Positions 60,086 through 64,000 of a stretch of 64,000 nucleotides of DNA are shown here, piece by piece. Position numbers and translations under genes: made by a program. This DNA comes from Candidatus Bathyarchaeota archaeon (GTDB taxonomy: Archaea > Thermoproteota > Bathyarchaeia > Bathyarchaeales > Bathycorpusculaceae): positions 1 through 64,000 of the forward strand of contig CAVTZU010000017.1 in the NCBI GenBank assembly GCA_963739305.1, in the 5' to 3' direction. The notes beneath the pieces were generated by a model. The model worked only from the letters and a program-made list of their open reading frames with translations. It was not told the DNA's origin and searched no databases. Numbering within the stretch: the stretch's first letter is position 1; each line of letters starts with the position of its first letter.

Positions 60086-62008
60086 TCAACCAATCTCGGT
60101 TAGAGGTTTTGGCTTACTCAGCAACAGTAAAGCGGAATTGATTACCACCGATATGCATCCAGCTTCTGCAAGAACAACGGCTAAGACTGGATTCAAGATG
60201 CCAAAAGCCGCCAAACTCAATGCGACTATGTTCCAGATAAAGGCGTAAACTATGTTCCCCTTCATTCTGTTAAACGCCTTCCGACTCAGGCTAATCGCAT
60301 ATTCAACCTTTGTCAAGTCGTCTCCAAGCAGAGCCACGTCAGCAGTCTCAATCGCTACATCGCTGCCAGCCGCACCCATAGCAAACCCAACATCCGAATT
60401 GGCCAACGCAGGAGCATCATTCACACCGTCACCAACCATCGCAACAACATTGCCTTTTTTCAGCTCTCCAATAGTCGTAACTTTTTGTTCAGGTAAAAGC
60501 TCAGCATGGTACTCATCAACACCGACTTGCTCAGCGATAGATTTGGCAGTCTGCATGTTGTCGCCAGTTATCATAACAGTTTTGACTCCTAAACGCTTAA
60601 GCCTCAGTATAGCTTCCAAAGAGTTCTCCCTAACTGTGTCAGCCACAACAATGACGCCAATGACATTTTTGTCAAGTGCTACAGGAATAGCTGTTTTTCC
60701 CTCGCTCTCAACCCGATTCATCAATTGATTCGCTTCTTCTGAGATGTCCATTTCAATCATCTTTCTTCCAATTAGAATATGCTTGTTTCCGTAATGGGCG
60801 TCCACGCCGTGTCCTGGAATAGTTTTGAAGTCTGTGGGGTCAGGAATTTTCATACCCATCTCAGTTGCTTTAGCGATGATGGCTTTGGACAGGGGATGTT
60901 CCGAGAATTTCTCAGCAATTGCTGCATACTTGATTACGTCCACTTCAGAGTGATTACTGAAAGTTTTTATCTCAATAACTTTGGGTTCGCCGACGGTTAA
61001 TGTGCCAGTTTTGTCGAAGGCGACGAGCTTAACGTCTTTTAGCTTTTCGATGTGTGTGCCGCCCTTGATTATTATGCCGTTCATGCTAGCATTACCGATA
61101 GTACCAGCAACAGCGACGGGAACAGCTATTGAAAGGGCACAAGGGCATGCGACTAAGAGAACAGTCACGGTTCTAGCCAGTGCTACATCAAAACCAAGTG
61201 CGAAGTAACTGACAGCAAAGACAGAAGATGCTAAAACTGCCATGATTGGCAAGAAGTAAGTGGTAAATCGGTCTGCAACATTCTGTATAGGTGCTTTTTT
61301 CTCTTGAGCTTCTTCGACTAGTTGAATAAGGTGGGCAAGTGTAGTGTCCTCAGCGATTTTTTCAACTTTAATTTCTAAAGCTCCTTGTTCATTGAGTGTA
61401 CCAGCAAATGTGCGGTCCCCTACTGTCTTTTCTGCTGGAATTGATTCGCCAGTTATGGTTGCTTGGTTAACGGTGCTGTGCCCTGAAATCACTGTTCCGT
61501 CAACGGGTATTTTGTCGCCTGGCTTGACTAAGACGATTTCGCCCACCTTAACCTCGTCTATCGGTATTTCAACTTCTGAACCGTCTCGACGTGTGCGAGC
61601 TGTGGTGGGACTCATCTTTATGAGAGCCTCAAGCGCACCTCTTGTTCTATGAATGATGTAGTCTTCAAGGGTCATACCTGCGAGTATTATGAACGCAACT
61701 ATTGCTGATGCTGTAAGGTAACCAACTGCTTCTGCTGTGCCAGTTGCTGATGCTGAAGGCAGGACGAGACCAGCTACTACTGAAATGAATATGGCGATAG
61801 TTGCAAACAACTGGGCAGTGACATTTCCATGTCGCAGGGACCGAATGCCGTGCAAATAGATGCGGTAACCTAAGGCAACAGCGACCAAAGTCAAAGCAAT
61901 GCTAATTTCATGCGCATAAGCCACTTGAGTTCCAGATATTAGGGCGCCCGCTAAAGCGAATAGCCCAAGCAAAATTACCAGAATTACGCCTTTGACGTGT
62001 TCTCTCAT
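60086..62008 (-). CDS. P1B-type heavy-metal translocating ATPase
   Basis: TGES, CPC, DKTGT, SEHP, GDGVNDAP. Confidence 0.94.
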   Translation of the reverse strand: MREHVKGVILVILLGLFALAGALISGTQVAYAHEISIALTLVAVALGYRIYLHGIRSLRHGNVTAQLFATIAIFISVVAGLVLPSASATGTAEAVGYLTASAIVAFIILAGMTLEDYIIHRTRGALEALIKMSPTTARTRRDGSEVEIPIDEVKVGEIVLVKPGDKIPVDGTVISGHSTVNQATITGESIPAEKTVGDRTFAGTLNEQGALEIKVEKIAEDTTLAHLIQLVEEAQEKKAPIQNVADRFTTYFLPIMAVLASSVFAVSYFALGFDVALARTVTVLLVACPCALSIAVPVAVAGTIGNASMNGIIIKGGTHIEKLKDVKLVAFDKTGTLTVGEPKVIEIKTFSNHSEVDVIKYAAIAEKFSEHPLSKAIIAKATEMGMKIPDPTDFKTIPGHGVDAHYGNKHILIGRKMIEMDISEEANQLMNRVESEGKTAIPVALDKNVIGVIVVADTVRENSLEAILRLKRLGVKTVMITGDNMQTAKSIAEQVGVDEYHAELLPEQKVTTIGELKKGNVVAMVGDGVNDAPALANSDVGFAMGAAGSDVAIETADVALLGDDLTKVEYAISLSRKAFNRMKGNIVYAFIWNIVALSLAAFGILNPVLAVVLAEAGCISVVINSALLLLSKPKPLTEIG

Positions 62009-62262
62009 TGGATTTCCTCTCTGGACAATATCTCAACTTGGTAGCCAAGCTTTTCAATCCGTTCAGTGACCTTGGAGAGATTGATTTTTTGTGTGTCGTA
62101 TTCTATTTTGACCTTACCTGTTATCTCGTCAACTTTGACTCTTGAGATTCCATTCAATCTGGATAGTGCGTGTCGGAGGTTGTCTGCCTTGAAAGTTGAA
62201 CATGTGCTACATGCATTACAATCTTTTTTTGAAGCCTTCAGGATGACTTTCTCAATATTCAT
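62005..62262 (-). CDS. HMA-domain metallochaperone-like protein
   Basis: CNACSTC then an HMA-like fold (L.GI..VKVD...V.IEYD...IEKLGY). Confidence 0.8.
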   Translation of the reverse strand: MNIEKVILKASKKDCNACSTCSTFKADNLRHALSRLNGISRVKVDEITGKVKIEYDTQKINLSKVTERIEKLGYQVEILSREEIQ

Positions 62263-62348
62263 CGGCTCGCCAAAACCACGTATTCATATTCAAGAATTTA
62301 AATCTATTGTTATAATCCCATGATTCGCACACGTTATGCCTTTAAAAA

Positions 62349-62735
62349 TCAGAGGATTTCCAGTTTACGCATGCCTTCAAAAAGTTCAGGATTAGCTATG
62401 CTGTAGAAAACCCATTTTCCTTCTTTCCTATCCTTCACCAAGCCAACATTCTCAAGAATCCTCAGATGATGAGAAGCTGTAGGTTGAGTTAAATCAAGCG
62501 CAACCATGACTTCACAGACACACATCTCACGGTATGATAACAAGCCTAACATTCTTAGCCGAATGGAGTCTGCAAAAGCTTTGAAGACCTTGCTCTTGAC
62601 TTCACTCCTCTCCGAACTCATGCTTTTATTGGCTAGTTTCTTCAATTCACCGGCGTATTCTGAGGCAGCTTCGCGAGAGCAAATTCCTGATTCGGCTAAC
62701 CGTTGTAATCTCTCACTTATTCTTGATGTAGCCAT
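62349..62735 (-). CDS. ArsR/SmtB metalloregulator
   Basis: FKAFAD..RL..L, EMCVCE, SHHLRIL, GKWVFYS. Confidence 0.92.
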   Translation of the reverse strand: MATSRISERLQRLAESGICSREAASEYAGELKKLANKSMSSERSEVKSKVFKAFADSIRLRMLGLLSYREMCVCEVMVALDLTQPTASHHLRILENVGLVKDRKEGKWVFYSIANPELFEGMRKLEIL

Positions 62736-62806
62736 ATCTTTTCAGATAACGAGTAATAGCAACGCATTTAAATATGTTTTTTGTGCACCTTCGTTAAGGG
62801 ACCGAG

Positions 62807-63203
62807 TTGAAGCGAATACTTTTTGTTTGTGTTGAGAATGCTGGCAGAAGCCAGATGGCAGAGGCATTCGCCAACAAATATGGAAAAGACAGATTTATCG
62901 TTTCCAGCGCCGGCAATAAGCCAGCAGACAAAGTCAACCCCACAGTAGTGGAAGTCTTGAAAGAGAGGGGCATCGACATATCAATGAATAAACCAAAGCT
63001 ACTCACTTTCCAGATGACCCAAGACGCTGATTTGATCGTTACCATGGGCTGCAATGACAACGGAATCTGCCCAGGACCATTTTTCAAACCAACAATTGAG
63101 TGGAAACTTGAAGACCCAAAGGGAAAGCCTATAGAGAAGAGTAAGAGAAATCAGAGACGAAATTGAGAAGAAAGTCAAAGCACTTATTGAAGGGAAAAGC
63201 TGA
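62807..63203 (+). CDS. arsC: Arsenate reductase ArsC / LMW-PTP family (+1 frameshift near 63140)
   Basis: CVENAGRSQMAE, TMGC, CP, W.LEDP; alternative frame gives VREIRDEIEKKV. Confidence 0.88.
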
Positions 63204-63236
63204 AACAGGCACGCGTGCCCGACGCACGCGACTATT

Positions 63237-63944
63237 CTAGCTTATATGATGCCAACCGTATTCTTCATAAATCCTCTTACCCTTGTCGGACACAAGGAAG
63301 TGGATGAATTTCTCTGCAAGGGCTTTGTTCTTGGAGAAGGTAATGATCCCTATTGCCGTGCTTCTCTTCACTTGAAGGTCTTTCGGCAACTCTATTCTAT
63401 CCATAGTATCCATGTTCAAGTTCTTGAAGGCATCCCATCCCAGAATTGCATCTACGTTTTTCTTATTGACAAAAGACATCAATTCCCCGCATCCATCAGC
63501 ATAAGCAACGGTATTCTTTCTGATTTGCTCGGAGAATCCCGCTTTAGTGGCCAAATCATCCCACACTCCAGTCAAGCAACCACTTACAGAAACACCAACT
63601 CGCATTCCTTCTTTCGCCAAATCGGCAATTGATTTTATCTTCTTAGGATTTCCAGTTTGCACAAGAATAGCAGAGATTCTTGATCCAAGGCTTCTTCTTG
63701 TTTCTTTGAGAACTAATCCTTTCAATTGTGCATGGTCTAGTATATACTCTGAACCACACGTTAACAAGTCGCCATCTTTAGTTTCTGCGATTTCTTCAAT
63801 AAGATTTTCAGCTTTCCCGACAGTGAACTCAAATTCTGTTCCGAATTTTGTTGTGAACTCTTCTGCACATTTCTTTATTGGCGGTGCTACCGCACCAGCG
63901 GAATAAACATGGAGATGGTTTTGTTTCGGCATATTCTTTCCCAC
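63237..63944 (-). CDS. ModA-like oxyanion-binding protein without an evident signal peptide
   Basis: VYSAGA, GNPKKIKSIADLAK, DAILGW, FLVS..GKRIYEEYG. Confidence 0.8.
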   Translation of the reverse strand: MGKNMPKQNHLHVYSAGAVAPPIKKCAEEFTTKFGTEFEFTVGKAENLIEEIAETKDGDLLTCGSEYILDHAQLKGLVLKETRRSLGSRISAILVQTGNPKKIKSIADLAKEGMRVGVSVSGCLTGVWDDLATKAGFSEQIRKNTVAYADGCGELMSFVNKKNVDAILGWDAFKNLNMDTMDRIELPKDLQVKRSTAIGIITFSKNKALAEKFIHFLVSDKGKRIYEEYGWHHIS

Positions 63945-64000
63945 AGCAATTACCTATGTGAATATACTTACTTTTGCATTTCTTTGATCTTCTCTTCCAC

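Overview
Archaeal chromosomal window. TBP, RadA, Cdc6/Orc1, archaeal 16S and SRP RNA point to a TACK-lineage organism, most likely Bathyarchaeia (inferred, not searched). A housekeeping core at about 15.9-52.2 kb carries tbp, pyrE, tldD/pmbA, a larA-like gene, fumarate hydratase, radA, rqcH, a stand-alone 16S gene, moaA/B/C, cdc6, tpiA, glycogen debranching enzyme, galT, SRP RNA and two PfkA-family kinases. Accessory regions flank it (2.4-15.3 kb and 52.4-64 kb). Two candidate undescribed systems stand out. (1) A translationally coupled operon at 52854-56172 encodes a zinc-ribbon membrane protein, a membrane-anchored protein ending in a 10-Cys CxCxC tail plus GGG, and an RRE(PqqD-like)-radical SAM-SPASM enzyme. 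This looks like a RiPP-type maturase whose likely substrate is the tail of a large membrane protein. (2) Alternating (GC)n palindromes of 7-10 bp mark the junctions between accessory gene modules, and one truncates a tyrosine recombinase gene exactly, which suggests a cassette or recombination system. Eight single-base insertions split six conserved genes and are probably consensus errors. All product calls come from motif recognition; no database search was run.
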